DNA of 62,468 bases, filler included, from Chiloscyllium plagiosum (Eukaryota), in NCBI RefSeq assembly GCF_004010195.1. It is 4 parts of one record of this genome, joined end to end, with 100 filler letters (N's around TTAATTAATTAA, not from the genome) between each part and the next. Parts side by side here need not be neighbours in the genome. Positions count along the whole stretch, not along the records: positions 21,203 to 43,616 come from NC_057715.1; positions 43,717 to 62,468 come from NC_057715.1; 2 more parts are not named here. One strand, 5' to 3'. Made by a program: the position numbers and the translations under genes. Position 1 is the stretch's first letter, and every line of letters begins with the position of its first letter. This document shows, piece by piece, positions 37,877 to 50,450 of this stretch. Under the pieces are notes generated by a model. The model searched no databases and was not told the origin of the DNA. It was given only the letters and a program-made list of their open reading frames with translations.

Positions 37877-37986
37877 ATTGTGGTTCTGTTCGCTGAGCTG
37901 GGAATTTGTGTTGCAGACAAATTCCCAGCTCGGCGAACAGAACCACAACAATGAACACCCGAGCTACAAATCTTCTCACAAACTTT
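37877..37986. mobile_element. 110-bp hairpin of Poseidon-like PLE termini with 15-bp TSD
   Basis: gaagacctaacagtc at 37862-37876 and 37987-38001. Arms ttgtggttctgttcgctgagctgggaatttg and caaattcccagctcggcgaacagaaccacaa. Confidence 0.9.
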
Positions 37987-39621
37987 GAAGACCTAACAGT
38001 CCACTGACTGCTTTGAAATTTTGTTGGTTTTTGATTTTGAATTTTGTCACTTTGGTTGTATTGATATGAAGGCAGCTATAATAATTGTCTCTGATTTAAC
38101 AGGCTTAACCCAAGTTACAGTGGAAGACATTTTGGGCCATTGTTTTTGCAGTGGTTACTGGAACCATGAGATGACTACTGAAGAAAACAAAACAAATATT
38201 ATTCTCATAATCCAACAGAAATATGGAGAAGCAAACAAAATATACATCAAGTGACCTCTAATATAGTCTAAATTCGTAAAACTAACCAATTTGGATTAAA
38301 CGTGCGTCTGAAAACTCCTGCTAGCTGATGTCATTTCCTTCTAACAGTATCTTAAATCAAAATATACTGGAGGCACATAACACTAGTTATATCAGATCTT
38401 TCTTTTTAATCCTCCAACTCCTGATTTTCACTTAATAAAAGGTTTGATACAGAACAATGCATATTTATGTCTCACTAACGAGCTGCACTCTGTATGAATC
38501 TCATCACTAGTAATGAATGCTCTCCTTTAAATAAACATCCTCGGGGTTTTAATTAGCTTAATTTCCCTCTGCATATCCCACCAAGATGTGTAATGAATGG
38601 CTCCATATTCTATGGCCACTTTTATTGAAGCACTATTTAAAGTGCAACTCAGACAGTTTATTGCACCATTTCCTTACAGTCCTCAATATATCATTGTTTC
38701 TCTATTACTTCTGTGTCAAAATGGTGCAATTTCATCCCAAAAAACACTGTGGAGCATCAACACCAGGGAAATGACAGCAAATTTCAATGTCTTGAAACCT
38801 GAAGAACAAGGGCAGTAAAGAGTGAAACACAATAGTGTAGGTATTTTCTATTCAGGGATGTTTTTGCACTGCACTGTGCAGTGGGCTTGAATCTGAAACT
38901 ACTGGCTCAGAAGTAGGGACACTACCACTGTGCCTCAACAGCCCTAACACCATGTTGTATATGCTACATTGTGTTCATTCCCAGGGCAAGGTTGTCAGTT
39001 GTTAAGCAAATAAGACACACAGCTCTCTCCACAGTTGCGTCAAAAGGCCCTATGCAGCTAAATCCATTAGTCAGGCTTGGATCTCAATCACGCTTGTCAA
39101 CTTAAACCCACCACCTCAAGAAGTACAATCTCTGGTGTTGCTTGACCAGGCATACATCTACTCGCTGTTCTTTTCTCAAAGGATTAATCAATCTTCATTC
39201 ACGATGGGTGATCTCCCTGCTATAGGAAAGGTATTGTGAAACTTGAAGGGTTCAGAAAACGTTTACAGGGGTGTTGCAAGGATTGGAAGGTTTGAGCTGT
39301 TGGAAGAGGTTAAATAGGCTGGGGCTACTTTCCCTGAAGCATTGGAGGCTGAGGAGTGACCTTAGAGACTTTTATAAAATCATGAGGGGAATCAATGAGG
39401 TGAATAACCAAGGATTTTCCCCCAGGGTAAGGGAGTCTAAAACTAGAGGACATAAGTTTAAGCTGAGAGGGGAGAGATTTAAAAGGGACCAAAGGGGCAA
39501 CTTTGGGTGGTGTGTATATGGAACATGCTGCCAGAGGAAGTGGCGAAGGCTGGTACGGTTACAACATTAAAAGGCATCTGGGTGGCCATATGAACAGGAT
39601 GGATTTAGAGGGATATGCACC

Positions 39622-40903
39622 TGTTATGGACCAGGCCAGACCCCTCAAAACATTTCAATAAAGTAACCCAGACTCTAACTTTGCTAGTTGTTGGAAGCAG
39701 GTGTTAAGTGGATATTCCAGGAGAGAAGTAGCTGGTCAAGCTGCTTAGTTTTAAACAAAACATAATTTATTTACAAGATTACTGAATGAAACACAAGCAA
39801 AAGAAAACAGAATACTGAATAACTTAACCTCTCTAAAAACCCAACAGATTATCCCACTCAATGATGCTGCTCCAAATACTTTTGACAATCTCCATAAACA
39901 CCCCTTGGCGCAAAAGGGAAAAACAAGCACAGGTCTTAGAGGAGAGATGTCAGAGAGAGATGGCAGCATGGAACACCTGCTTCTATGTCGCACTTTCTTG
40001 AATCAGCAGCCTGTCACAATGTCGGTCTTTTTACATGGTTACAATGCACTTGAGTTTTTTTCCAGAGAGGAGGTAATTGGCCAGGCTCGAACTAGGCTGG
40101 ATTTGAACGGTTTATTAGGGTCTTTTTTCTTCACCCCTAGCAGGTAATGCCTCTGGCCTAAGGCTTTCATGTCTTTAAAAAAAGCTGGTATAATCAAAGG
40201 GGAGTAGCCAGTTAGCTGTGTAGCTAGCCTTCAGTTAGACTGGAGTTTTTGATTCAGCAGCACTGTGTGTGAAGAAAGGCTGCTGGGGCACGTCCAGCCA
40301 TGTACTCTCTCTCTGACCTAAAACCTACAAGCCCTAGTTTGTTTTGTTTTTACTCTTTGTGCTAAGGGATCTGTTTATTGGGATTGTTGCAAGTATTTTT
40401 GCAACAGCATCATTAAGGCGGGATAGTCTGTCGGGTTTTGATTAGGATAAGTTATCTGATATTCTATTTTGTGTTCTTTGTGTTTCATTGGGTAATTTTG
40501 GAAATAAATTCTATTTGTTTCAAACTTGGCAGTTGAATCAACTAATTCACTACACACTTACCTAAACAAACGTTATGGTCTGGGATACCTGTTTAAAAAT
40601 GTTTTGAGGGGTCGAACCTGGTCCATAACAAGCCTCAAAACTGCCAGCTTTCAGCAAACAGCCAGACTGCTAAAAACCAAACCAAACCAGAAGAAAGCTG
40701 AGCTGGGAGAACTGGCCACACCTCCTTACTTATACAAGTATTTCTTTTTAAAAAGTTAAACGCCTTTTGCCTGAGGCAGTATCTGTTAGTTGTGACCAAA
40801 CTGGCCCTAAAACCCATCCAAGCCAGAGTTGTCAGAATTGCTGCTTTTCTGAAAATAAGAACAAAGGACAGCATAATCTTGTTAAAGGAGCAACATCATC
40901 ACA
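39622..40903 (-). mobile_element. Outer Gypsy-type solo LTR (interrupted)
   Basis: TGTTATGG...CATCACA termini, flanks cacc and gacc (4 bp, 1 mismatch), TTTATT near 39767. Confidence 0.8.
40012..40630 (+). mobile_element. Inner Gypsy-type solo LTR in opposite orientation
   Basis: TGTCAC...CCATAACA termini, perfect 4-bp TSD agcc (40008-40011, 40631-40634), AATAAA at ~40503. Its 3' end is the reverse complement of the outer LTR end. Confidence 0.85.
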
Positions 40904-41679
40904 GACCAAACTCTGGCAAATGGGGCTGGATTAATTTTAAATATCTGGTTGGCATGGGCGGGTTGGATCAAAGGGTCTGTTTCCATATGTACATCTCTAT
41001 GACTATGAGGGAGTGTGGCATGACTGGCTAAACCAACATTTATTGCTCATCCTTAATTGCTCATGATAAGCTGCCATCTTGAATTATTGCAGTTCTTTGG
41101 GTGTCAATGCTGTTCAGAAAGAAATTTTAGGATTTTATCCCTCCAACGATCCTGATTCAATCAAATAAGTTTGGCAGATATTCATTCATTCATCCACCAC
41201 ATCGTTATTTATGAAACAAGCCGTACAAAATGACTGTCACATTTACTGAACTTTCATTTCTGACTCCGCCTCAAATTTTCACTCGTTATGTCGTGCAATT
41301 CAAAACATTTCAATATTAAGTGCCATGCAGATGGATTAGTGTATAAAATGCATCAAGGTTATATCAAACTATGTGCAAAAATGCATCATGCATTTAATGG
41401 GTGATGTTCCAAATGATGGCTGTTAAGTGTGCTTGCCAGTGCAGCATGTTCTATACATTGAATCTGTCAGATTCTGTACATTATGAGACATTGTCTATTT
41501 CATTAACTTCTAAATGTGTGGCAGAAAGCAAATACATTTTCATTAAAGATTTTTAGCTTTAATTTATTCATGTAGTAAATTGTCATTGGAGGGGATCCAC
41601 AGCTTACTGAAGTTTTTTTCCCCATCAAATTATTGGCTTAGATTTTATGATTGCCAGATAGTCATTATTCTAGTGTACG

Positions 41680-42400
41680 TAGAACTTAGAACAAGACAGG
41701 ACAGGAACAGGCCTTTTGGATCACCACATCTGTGCTGACCATGATGCCACTCAAAACTAATCCCATTTGCCCGCACATGGTCAGTATGCCTCTATTTCCT
41801 GCTTATTCATGTGTCTATCTAAATGCCTCTTAAACATTGCAAGTGTATCTCACTGCCAGTGTGTGCCAGGCACCTAACACCCCCTGTGTAAAGGACTTTC
41901 CTTTCACATCTACTTTTCCTCTCTCACCTTTTGCCTATGCCCCCTAATATGTGACATATCCATGTGGGAAAAAGGCTTGAACTATCCATCCTATCCTTAC
42001 CTTTTATAGTTTTACATATTTCTACCAAGTCGACCTTCAGCCTTCGATGCAGTAGCAAAAACATTCCATATAAGCTAATACAGTCCGATCCAGGATACTT
42101 CTCGATAAACCTCTTTTGCACCCTCTCCAAAGCTCCCACATCCTTTCTGTAGGGAAGTGATCAGAACTGCACACAATACTGCAGAGAAAGCCTAATTAAA
42201 GTCTTATATAGCTACAATATTACTTACTAACTTTTATACTCAATTCCCTGACCAAAGAAGGCAAGCATACGGTATGCCTTCTTTCCCATCTTATCCACTT
42301 GGATTGTCATTTTCAAGGAGCTACAGACTTGGACCCCAGGATTCCTCTGTATATCAATGCTCCTAAGGGTCCTGTATATTTTCCTCTTGCATTTGACCTC
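41680..42400 (-). mobile_element. CR1 3' fragment
   Basis: ALERVQKRF and GVQVCSSLK..KKAYRMLAFFGQGIEYKS. Confidence 0.85.
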
Positions 42401-43139
42401 CTGCCTTGGAAGCAATCCCAAGATCCAGATATTTGAAGCCTTCCCTCCCACACAGATCATGCATTTGACTGTAATACCTTCCTACTTATGGCCTCATTAG
42501 CATGTAAAGTTGCACGAGGGAATTCCATGGAATCCCATGGAATCCCCATTGTAGCAGACTGGAAGGGAATTAACTAGGAAGTTGAAAATTCGACTGGGCA
42601 ATTCCCCAATGCCTGGAACTGTCCAAAAACCGCCATTTAAATCAGAGAATTCAAAAAGTTCCAATGAAAGTAAATAAAATAGTTACTCAGGATAAGTTAT
42701 GTATATATAGTTTAATATAAATATATAGTTTAACTGCTGAGTAAGAATAGAACTGACCTCATACTTACCTCACACAGTCCCAACTATACTTTCTCCAGAC
42801 CACTCACACCAATCAGACCCTGACCCAAAACCCGCTATGCTTAACTCACATGCCCCCACCCCACTGTGCCTGGATTCATTCACAATTTCTCATCCTCTCC
42901 AATCTAAGCCAACCCAATCCGACTGCTGGACACAGATCCGCTTTCCCTCTCTTGGCTCTCCACCCAGTGCCCCCAGTCACCTGCTGTGAGACACGTTTAC
43001 CTCTGCCTCCATTCTCAACTGCAATTCCTTCCACCGCTGCTGTACCTGTTCCTTCCAACACCCTCTCCCCATCTTTCGAACTTACCTTTTGTACTAATAG
43101 TTTGATGTTAGCTGTCAAAAGTGCTGTTTGGGCCATTAA

Positions 43140-43616
43140 CAACATGGCTCAGGGATGGGCAGGACTGGCAGCTTAATGTTCCAGGATACAAATGCTACAG
43201 GAAGGATAGAAAGGGAGGCAAGAGAGAAGGGGGAGTGGCATTTTTAATCAGGGATAGCATTACAGCTGTGCTGAGGGAGGATATTCCCAGAAATACATCC
43301 AGGGAAGTTATTTGGGTGGAACTGAGAAATAAGAAAGGGATGATCACCTTATTGGGATTGTATTATAGACCCCCCCCTCAATAGTCAGAGGGAAATTGAG
43401 AAACAAACTTGTAAGGAGATCTCAGCTATCTGTAAGAATAATAGGGTAGTTATGGTAGGGGATTTTAACTTTCCTACATCGACTGGGACTGCCATAGTGT
43501 TAAAGGTTTAGATGGAGAGGAATTTCTTAAGTGCGTACAAGACAATTTTCTGATTCAGTATGTGGATGTACCTACTAGAGAAAGGTGCAAAACTTGACCT
43601 ACTCTTGGAAAATAAG
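43140..43616 (+). mobile_element. Young CR1 ORF2 AP-endonuclease fragment
   Basis: TWL..WQLNVPGYKCYRKDRKGGKREGGVAFLI..GLYYRPP..VMVGDFNF..LDLLL. Ends at a gap. Confidence 0.9.
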
Positions 43617-43716
43617 NNNNNNNNNNNNNNNNNNNNNNNNNNNNNNNNNNNNNNNNNNNNTTAATTAATTAANNNNNNNNNNNNNNNNNNNNNNNNNNNN
43701 NNNNNNNNNNNNNNNN
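43617..43716. other. Assembly gap with TTAATTAATTAA linker
   Basis: 44N-linker-44N. Confidence 0.95.
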
Positions 43717-43955
43717 CTGACCTATCACTCTCACCTTGACCTCTTTCCACCTATCGCATTTCGACGCCCCTCCCCCAAGTCCCTCCTCCCTACCTTTTAT
43801 CTTAGCCTGCTGGACAAACTTTCCTCATTCCTGAAGAAGGGCTTATGCCCGAAACGTCGATTCTCCTGTTCCCTGGATGCTGCCTGACCTGCTGCGCTTT
43901 TCCAGCAACACATTTCCAGCTCTGATCTCCAGCATCTGCAGTCCTCACTTTCTCC
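43717..43955 (+). mobile_element. Neptune-like PLE 3' terminus with intact hammerhead (43827-43862)
   Basis: attc CTGAAGA a GGGC ttat GCCC GAAAC GTC gatt, followed by the tail gcagtcctcactttctcc. Confidence 0.9.
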
Positions 43956-44379
43956 CCACTGAAACAGTCTCTCTATTTCATTGCAGCTCCTTTGCATCCT
44001 CATTGCACACTACATCCCTACCTGTCAATATTACTCCTGAGTTACTTTTCTGTGGCAATTGTATAAAGGATGCTATAATGTCTCAACAGGTATCTATCAT
44101 TCATATGAAAACTGTCATGTGCGCTCATGTGAAACTCAGCTGCTGACATCACAGAAGAGGATTTAAAAAATTAATATCAAAATTCAGAATTAGTTTGGAT
44201 AGATGGAGGAAGTGATGGAGATAAAGAACAGGGCAACCAAGTGCAATAAGGCTTGGTCAGGAAGTGTCAATATGGTTGATTTGAATATCTTGCTTTCAGG
44301 GTATTGCTACCTTGAAACCTGCCACAGGTTCTTTTAAGGTTGTTCTTGTAATAAACACTCGAATTGGAAGGAATGCCAT

Positions 44380-45013
44380 GTAGAATCATGGATTCCCTAC
44401 AGTATGGAAGCAGGCCGTTCAGCCCGCCAAAGAGCATCTTACCCTGTCCCACCCTCCCTATCCTATCTCTGTAGCACTACATTTCCCATGGTAAATCCAT
44501 GCATCTCTGGGCACTATGGACAATTTAGATTAGATTCCCTACAGTGTGGAAACAGGCTCTTCAGCCCAACCCAACCCTCCGAAGAGTAACCCACCCAGAC
44601 CCATTTCCCTCTGACTAATGCACCTAACACTATGGGCAATTTAGCGTGGCCAATTCACCTAACCTGCACATCTTTGGATTGGGGGGGGGTGCCGGAGCAC
44701 CCAGAGGAAACCCACGCAGACACAGGGAGAATGTGCAAACTTCACACAGACAGTCACCCAAGGCTGGAATCAAACTGGGACCCTGGTGCTGTGAGGCAGC
44801 AGTGCTAGCCACTAAGCCACCGTGCCGCCCTTAGCATGGGCCAATTCACCTAACCTGCACATTTTTGGATTGTGGGAGGAAACCGAAGCACCTGGAGGAA
44901 ACCCACGCAGACAATGTCCAAACTCCACACGGACGTCGCCCGAGAGTGGAATTGAATCCAGGTCCCTGGCACTGTGAGGCAGCCACGCTAACCACTGAGC
45001 CACTCTGCCACCC
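44380..45013 (-). mobile_element. Nested HE1-type SINEs (a full copy at ~44526-44830 within an older copy)
   Basis: Two tails (44380, 44526) and two heads (~44830, ~45013). The outer copy is split at caatttag|catgggcc. Confidence 0.85.
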
Positions 45014-46275
45014 TTTGTAGCAGGGTGAGTGAGAACATGTCCCAATATTCAACATACAGTCTCAGAAGTGGATAACAGGCTATTTCATGAACTGAGATTT
45101 CTTGTGCTATCCCCAAGCAATTGACAGTGGCATCATATCTTCTAAGAGCACAACAATACAGTCAGTGCTACTCTTCAGAGGTGTTTTGCTTCTATGTTGA
45201 AAATTCAATTATCAGGGATTTAAGTTGAGGTGTAAAGTCCGAGATATTGTCAATTTGCTATGCGGAACAACATAAATAACATAGATCTGTGAAAGTTTCC
45301 TCTGTAATTTCTGTGAAAATTATAAATTGGCTCTAAAATAGTGTGTCATGTTACTGAACAAGAAAATTCCTCCCTTAATGTGCCAACAATGTTGATGGAT
45401 TAAAACAGCTGAACAACATCCCATTCCATGGCCACGTACAGCCCCAGTCTTTTTTTTTGCAATAAGATACAACGAAAACATTAAAATCTTTGACTAGAAG
45501 GCACGATAAAAGGATATCTTTGATTTCAAATCATTGCCATCTCTCAGAGTCTAATGTTATCTTTTTTTTGTCCAAAGTGTTATCCTGCCACATATTCTCT
45601 CTTTATTATCATTATCCTTTTGTTGATACAATATACTAGAATGGTTGGCAGTGGGGAGGAAGTGAGGCCACAATTATGATGAACTTCATGACATCATTAT
45701 TTTGAAACTTGGATCCTGAGAATGGCTTAGTTTCCTATTTGAGTACGATGATGAATACCAGGAATTTGGAAATGTGTCTTCATACATTTAAATGAGGCAA
45801 TTAAAATTCTTGAGGTAAATAGCTCATTGCAAGGGCAAAATGGAGAAGAAAAAAAATTGAGCTGTAGTGTAGCAACAATATGTCACATGACACAAGAAGA
45901 CAGAGAATGAAACAGTTTCCCTTTTGAGAGAACCATCCAGAAAGTCAGTCAGTGTGCAGATTTCTTTCAGATAGCAGGAGTGCCGATTCATAATGTCCAG
46001 AACAGTCAGGGCAGAAGAAAGTAAGCCGTGAGTAGTTCACTGTCATTTAGGGAAAGTTCCAAACACAAAAGGTTGTGGAAAAGCAGTTTAAGAAACTCAT
46101 GGTGAGGAATAAATGAGCTATGTCAGCAGTTTGTGTAAAGATCTCAGTAAGAGATATTCACTAAAGAAGATAGCATTAAATGTATATGTAAGTTTGCAAG
46201 AAAGAAATAAAATATGGCCCTGTCAACTGAAAAAGAAATCTGAAGTGGAAACAGATGACTCTCTGCTGAAGCTTG

Positions 46276-46508
46276 TGTCTCAGTGGTTAGCACTGCTGCC
46301 TCACAGCACCAGGGTCCCAGGTTCAATTCCAGCCTTCGGTGACTGTCTGTGTGGAGTTTGCACATTCACCCCATGTCTGTGTGGGTTTCCTCTGGTTCCC
46401 TCCCACAGTCCAAAGACGTGCAGGTCAGGTGAATTGGCCATGTTAAATTTCTCATCGTGTTGGGGGATTGGTTGGTGCGGGCTTGTTTCCAAACTGTAGG
46501 GAATCTAA
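46276..46508 (+). mobile_element. HE1-type SINE, internally deleted
   Basis: cagtggttagcactgctgcc, ggttcaattcc, and a tail. Confidence 0.85.
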
Positions 46509-46720
46509 TGTTGAAACTAAAATAATTGAATCTTTATTTGTAATAAGGCCATTTCAGCTCATTCTTACATAGTGTAAAATAGGTTTTGTTCCTTTCCACA
46601 AACTTTGATATTCTTTTGTTGAAAATAAATAGGCAGCCTCTAGTGAACACATTCATTAACTGATCACTGCAGCAACCAAATTGCAAAAATAAAACTTATT
46701 GTTGATCAAGCTAGATTTTA

Positions 46721-46945
46721 GTTGAAAATGTGTTGCTGGAAAAGCGCAGCAGGTCAGGCAGCATCCAAGGAGCAGGAGAATCGATGTTTCGGGCATAAGC
46801 CCTTCTTCAGCCCTTCTCCTGAAGAAGGGCTCATGCCCGAAACGTCGATTCTCCTGCTCCTTGGATGCTGCCTGACCTGCTGCACTTTTCCAGCAACACA
46901 TTTCCAGTTCTGATCTCCAGCATCTGCAGTCCTCACTTTCTCCTA
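46721..46945. mobile_element. Palindromic PLE-end cassette with opposed hammerheads and 14-bp TSD
   Basis: caagctagatttta at 46707-46720 and 46946-46959. Plus core CTGAAGA (46819) ..GAAACGTC (46846), minus core 46781-46810. Confidence 0.95.
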
Positions 46946-47039
46946 CAAGCTAGATTTTACTCAATAATCTGACTTATCCAGTATTACTATTAGCTGGGAT
47001 CAGAACATAATTTTGTATTTAAGATATTGTGGGGCCATT

Positions 47040-47500
47040 GTAGCTCAGAGTAATGGACAAGCAGAACTTGCTTCAGGAGATCTGATGAGCAGAGCTTTTT
47101 TTTATGAACTGAAGTCTACGGACTGTGGGTGATATGATAAGGATAGTCTAGAGATTACTAGAACAGTTGGACTGGATGTGGGGAAACACAGTTCGAGGTT
47201 TTTGTGAGAGACAGGAGCTTGGGGTCGAAGTAGAGGCAACAGAGTTCACAGTGTTAGAGGTTTGAAGGTTGTAGCTCCTAAAGTAGAGTACATGGGATTG
47301 GCATTGCCTTTCAAATTTGAATAGGATAGTCTACAAGAATCTGCAAATGGGGACAGAGTTAGTGTTACTGTCTGCAGGTGATGGCTTCAGTCTTCACCCA
47401 GAAGAAGTTGCAGTTCATCCAAGCTGGATATCAGACAGTGTACCAGCATTGAGAGAGTAGAGGGAAGTGAAGGTGGGCAGAGCTGACACCATCACTACTG
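47040..47500 (-). mobile_element. Old L2-type LINE RT remnant
   Basis: gcagttcatcca..cagagctgacaccatca resembles the reverse complement of the L2 YADDTQL..WM..NFL region. Confidence 0.4.
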
Positions 47501-48837
47501 TATACATAATGTGAGAGTAGATGGCAGAGAGTGTGCCACATATATTTGCAAACGCAATGTGATTGGAAGCTCTCAGAAGATTCTAAAAGATTTGCTGTAT
47601 GTACTCGAGTAGAGCTTGATCCATATAAAGTTGACTCCCATCTTTTAGGCAACAAGTTAAATTAAATTTTCGTATACCTCATGTACATGTCTTCTCCTAA
47701 CAAATAGAAATCTGATCTCTTTGTACTTGGCATGACTCAGCGTTGTAGTCAAACTCACCCTCGTGCAAACATACAACATAAGCAATTAATCCATGATAGA
47801 ATCGTTAATAAAGGTGACTGTTCAGTTTCTTATGTCTGTACATCTCGTTTGGTTTCATTTGCACTACTTTTGAGGCAAGGACAACCTCTGAACTGGCAGC
47901 TCTACCAAAGGTGTTACCAGTATAAAAGTCAACACCCTGCTTTCTGACAAAAGATTTATAAGTTAGATTTTTACACAAGGATAGAGCACAAACAGGTTCC
48001 AACTAAAACAGCTCTTTCAGAATCTTGAACTGTTTGGTTTTAAGGAAAGGAATTAATGTATGATCCAGTCTTGTGATTAATGAGAAAATATCACATCTGA
48101 AAAGCAGATTACAGTCAGTGAATCATTACCAGATTTGTCTGTGGCTGATGAAGATTGTGTTCCATTCTGCCCACATTGCTCACTGAACGTACACAGCACT
48201 TGCCTGTAGCCTTGATATTATTTTGTTTTGGCCCGTAATCTGGCAACCTCACTGCATTCTCAGTTATTGATGCTGACAGTGAATCATGCATTAATTCTGC
48301 CATTTGCTGTAACATTAAGTACTCCCCTGTGGATATAGAAAGACCCAACTGAAGTTGAGTAATAAAATCACGCAGATCCAGAAATGTCAGTCAGGCTTAC
48401 AGTGACGAAGAATTTGCTTCAAGTACCACTTGCCTTTTTAAGACGTGTTCAAATGAAAATGTCCAAAGATATATTTAAGAGAATGTTGGGAGTCTTGGAG
48501 ATTACAGCAAAAACGCAAGCACAATCTACAACTGATGTTCACTATCCAACACATATCCAAAAACTATCTTCCAAAATCATTGTTAAAGAAAAGGGGGAGT
48601 ATACTTCAAATACTTGTGTGAATTGGGTGCTGTTGGATCAGCCGCCCATTGTGCATCTCTCTGAAGTATCATACTCTGTGTCATTGATGCTTCATGTGAA
48701 GTAAACAGAAATATTATTACACTGTTCAGGATAGAAGACACAAAAAGATTACCCAAGAACTGTCTTACAGTCTTGTAACATTTACTTATTAGTTTCAGCA
48801 TATCCACTTGCACACTTCGACTATCACTGTGGTAAGG

Positions 48838-49070
48838 AGAAAGTGAGGACTGCAGATGCTGGAGATCAGAGCTGAAAATGTGTCACTGGAAAAGCGCAGC
48901 AGGTCAGGCAGCATCCAGGGAACAGGAGAATCGATGTTTCGGGCATAAGCCCTTCTTCAGGAGGGCTTATGCCTTTCCTGAAGAAGGACTTATGCCCAAA
49001 ACGTTGATCCTTCTGTTCCCTGGATGCTGCCTGACCTGCTGCGCTTTTCCAGCAACACATTTTCAGAGCT
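48838..49070. mobile_element. Palindromic PLE-end cassette with opposed hammerheads and 16-bp TSD
   Basis: tatcactgtggtaagg at 48822-48837 and 49071-49086. Cores at ~48930-48962 (-) and ~48978-49007 (+), both with CpG-type mutations. Confidence 0.95.
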
Positions 49071-49374
49071 TATCACTGTGGTAAGGTAACCTCACTATAT
49101 ATTTTATCTATACAATGACAAAGATTTGCTTCTAAAATAGAAAACAGAGGATTGTTTACAACTGCAAGCAACATGGAAAATGAGAGGGTTAGCAGTCAAC
49201 TATCAACCAATATCCTTTGCTTAAAATGACTGAGGTAGTCTACAATTGCCAATGTTTAGACAAGTAACTATTGGCAAAATATTTAGCTCCCAGCAGCAAC
49301 TAATACCTTGATGTTCGTAGAATCAGTTACTTTCCCTCTTGCCCACCGTCAACGCATGATGGTAGTACTTACCA

Positions 49375-50100
49375 TATTATCTAAATAGTGAGAGGTTGCA
49401 GAGCTCTGAGATGCTGAGAGACCTAGGTGTCCTAGTAAATAAATCACAAAAGATTAGCTTGCAGGTATAGTTAGTAATTGGAAAGGTAATTGAACGTTAT
49501 GTTTATGCAATGATAATTTAGTGTAAGGGTAGGGAGGTTGTGCATCAGTTATACAGTATTGTGATCCCACATCTGGAGTACTGTGTATAGTACAGTACTT
49601 ACTGAAGGATGTTAACACATTGGTAACTGTTCAGAGAAGGCTTACTAGACAAATACCAGGAATGAGCAGATTGCCTTATGAGGACAAGCTAGACAGGCTG
49701 GTCCTGCATCCTCTGGGGTTTAGAAAAGTCAGAGGTGACTGAATTGAAACATATAAGAGGATTTGATCAGGTGGATGTTGAAAGGATGTTTGTCTTGTGG
49801 GAGAATCTAGCATGGGGGAATCATGTTTAAAAATAAAATGTTGCCTATTTAAAACAGAGGTGTGGAATTTTTGTTTTACTCTCAGAGTTACAAGTTTTGG
49901 AATAGCCTTCCTGAAAAGGAAATGAATGCAAAATGTTCAAATATTTTTAAGATGGAGGTAAATAGATGCTTGAAAATGAAGGGGATGAAAGGTCATTGGG
50001 GATGTGCAGGAATGTAGAATTGAGGATAAAGTCATATCATTCATGAACATATTGAATGGTGGAGCAGGCTTGAAGGGCTAAGTGGCCGACTCTTGTTTCT
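49375..50100 (+). mobile_element. Degenerate CR1 3' fragment
   Basis: RDLGVLV, PHLEYCV, RGD.IETYK and WNSLP remnants. Confidence 0.8.
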
Positions 50101-50119
50101 AGGTAATTTTTATACCATT

Positions 50120-50450
50120 TACTGGATGGACTGCAGCAACTCACCAAGGCTTCCTTGACAGCACCTTCTGAACCTAAGATCTGGAAGGACAGAAGCAGCA
50201 GATGTGTGGAAACACCACCACGTTCAAGTTTCCCTCCGAGTCACAAACAATATCACCTATATGGAACAATATCACTATGCTTTCACTGTCACTGGGTCAA
50301 AATCCTGGAACTCCATTACTAACAATACCAATGATGTATCTAACCCCCCTAAAATACAGCAGTGTGGCCTCATCACCATCTTCTCAAGGAAGTTAGGCCT
50401 AAGATATAAATGTGGGCCCAGCCAGGGACACTTACATTCTGTGAATAAAT
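50120..50450 (+). mobile_element. LINE family B 3' end
   Basis: gggtcaaaatcctggaactcc..caccatcttctcaagg..aataaataaa tail. Confidence 0.75.

Larger units (their letters stand above)
39205..41005 (+). mobile_element. CR1 3' end split by nested solo LTRs
   Basis: LGLLSL..TRGHKFKL. The tail ggatttagagggatatg (to 39617) resumes at 40908 with aaactctggcaaatggg. Confidence 0.85.

Noticed and set aside
38531..38545. miR-30-like word aaacatcctcg
   Set aside because: It lacks the TGT start and the downstream mature sequence, and I see no hairpin partner.
39622..40630. Apparent TIR DNA transposon
   Set aside because: The inverted ends come from two oppositely oriented LTRs, each with its own 4-bp flanking duplication.
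46656..46936. Recurrent small ORF MCCWKSAAGQAASKEQENRRFGH
   Set aside because: It is an antisense translation of the PLE terminal repeat, not a gene family.
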